Assembly (NCBI GenBank): GCA_002633005.1
Contig: NMRA01000274.1
Span: 4,289-38,763 of the forward strand
Source of the DNA: Phoronis australis
Taxonomy: Eukaryota; Animalia; Phoronida
Direction: 5' to 3'
Length of the DNA stretch: 34,475 bases
Position numbers and translations under genes: made by a program. The notes under the pieces are model-generated. The model was not told where the DNA came from and did no database searches. It worked only from the letters and a program-made list of their open reading frames with translations. Below are positions 33,641 to 34,475 of the stretch, piece by piece; positions within the stretch are counted from its first letter, which is position 1, and each line of letters opens with the position of its first letter.

Positions 33641-34400
33641 GGTGGTAGGCCTAGGCCTACTACTTAATCCTGTCTTCACAAATCCATTTTTGTTTTCTTC
33701 GTTTTGATGAAAACTATCTGATAAACGTTTTGACGAAAATTGTCCCCTAAATTTCTTCCAAAGGTAGTGACTCGTAAACTCTTGTCCTTACTAGGAACTT
33801 CAGCCACAGTCTAGTGAGCGAATTAACCAAATTACTCTCCGCTGGCCCTGATCAGACGGTTGGTCTCAGCAGAATGCGCACATTTGGCCTGGATTTGGAT
33901 CAGCGATTTCAACAAATCCACATTCGTATACAAATAAATAGAACACTAGTAAAACCTTTAACATAAAAAGATTACATTAATACTTCAGAAATAACCACCT
34001 GGACCAGTCAAAATCTATCTCGCAAGTCAACAGCAGGTTACACACTCATTTCATGTCGAATATACGCCGCACAAAATCTCTCGACTGCAGTCTATGAAAA
34101 TGCAACCAACTTCTTTGAAAACATGGAACAGGAACACCAGAGGGGTGTAAAGGTTGTTTTTATTCTTCAATGTTAAATTTTTGTAAGCGGACATATGTTT
34201 TTTTTAATTTCCGCCTTAAGTCCTAACATTTCCAACCTTAAGCCTTTCAAACGAACGTTTATGACGAAAACAAAATTCTTCAACCAGTTTTGTAAAGACC
34301 TATGCCACCTGTAGAGTACATAATGAGCCAATCCCACTCCTAATGTAACAACAGGGTCCCGTGCATAAAGGATACTAAGTATTGCCCTTCTGAAATACTA

Positions 34401-34475
34401 CCGTATTCGCCCTAACAAGCGGCCAGGGCGCTTAGAAAAATCCGCTTCACGAAGGAGGGGGGGGGCGCTTATTAT
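34401..34475 (+). mobile_element. Left end of a Tc1/mariner-pogo-type MITE running off the window
   Basis: TA followed by CCGTATTCGCCCTAACAAGCG and repeated GGGCGCTTA motifs. Confidence 0.6.

Noticed and set aside
33298-34096. Complete P-like element bounded by CATAGACT / AGTCTATG
   Set aside because: Only an 8-bp inverted match with no TSD; the right motif may belong to another MITE.

Overview
AT-rich eukaryotic sequence, most likely metazoan invertebrate, densely packed with old and nested transposons. No prokaryotic gene organisation, CRISPR array or rRNA is visible. The only long intact host-like ORF is an intronless 321-aa SGNH/PC-esterase-type (CASD1/TBL/NXPE-like) protein at 17985-18950, starting 18 nt after the right end of a decayed pogo-like transposon. 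A frameshifted GT10 alpha-1,3-fucosyltransferase pseudogene lies about 4.4 kb upstream on the same strand. Recognisable mobile DNA: an internally deleted Kolobok (TTAA TSD, 15-bp TIRs, THAP plus a KolX-like N-terminus), an internally deleted PIF/Harbinger (CAG TSD, transposase and Myb/SANT N-termini), LINE ORF1 and RT fragments, tRNA-derived SINEs (one with an 11-bp TSD), several MITE/hairpin elements, and THAP and PHD relics. The most unusual signal is a same-strand dispersed repeat with 10 copies (nine within 22.5-29.5 kb, one at 4.7 kb). It translates to a consistent peptide, about (DTLF)xGTPLAASSEREWRPFLEELS, followed by Pro/Thr-rich linkers and further shared modules, and looks like a decaying repetitive protein gene of a family I cannot name. 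All family assignments come from motif recognition by eye; no database searches were run.
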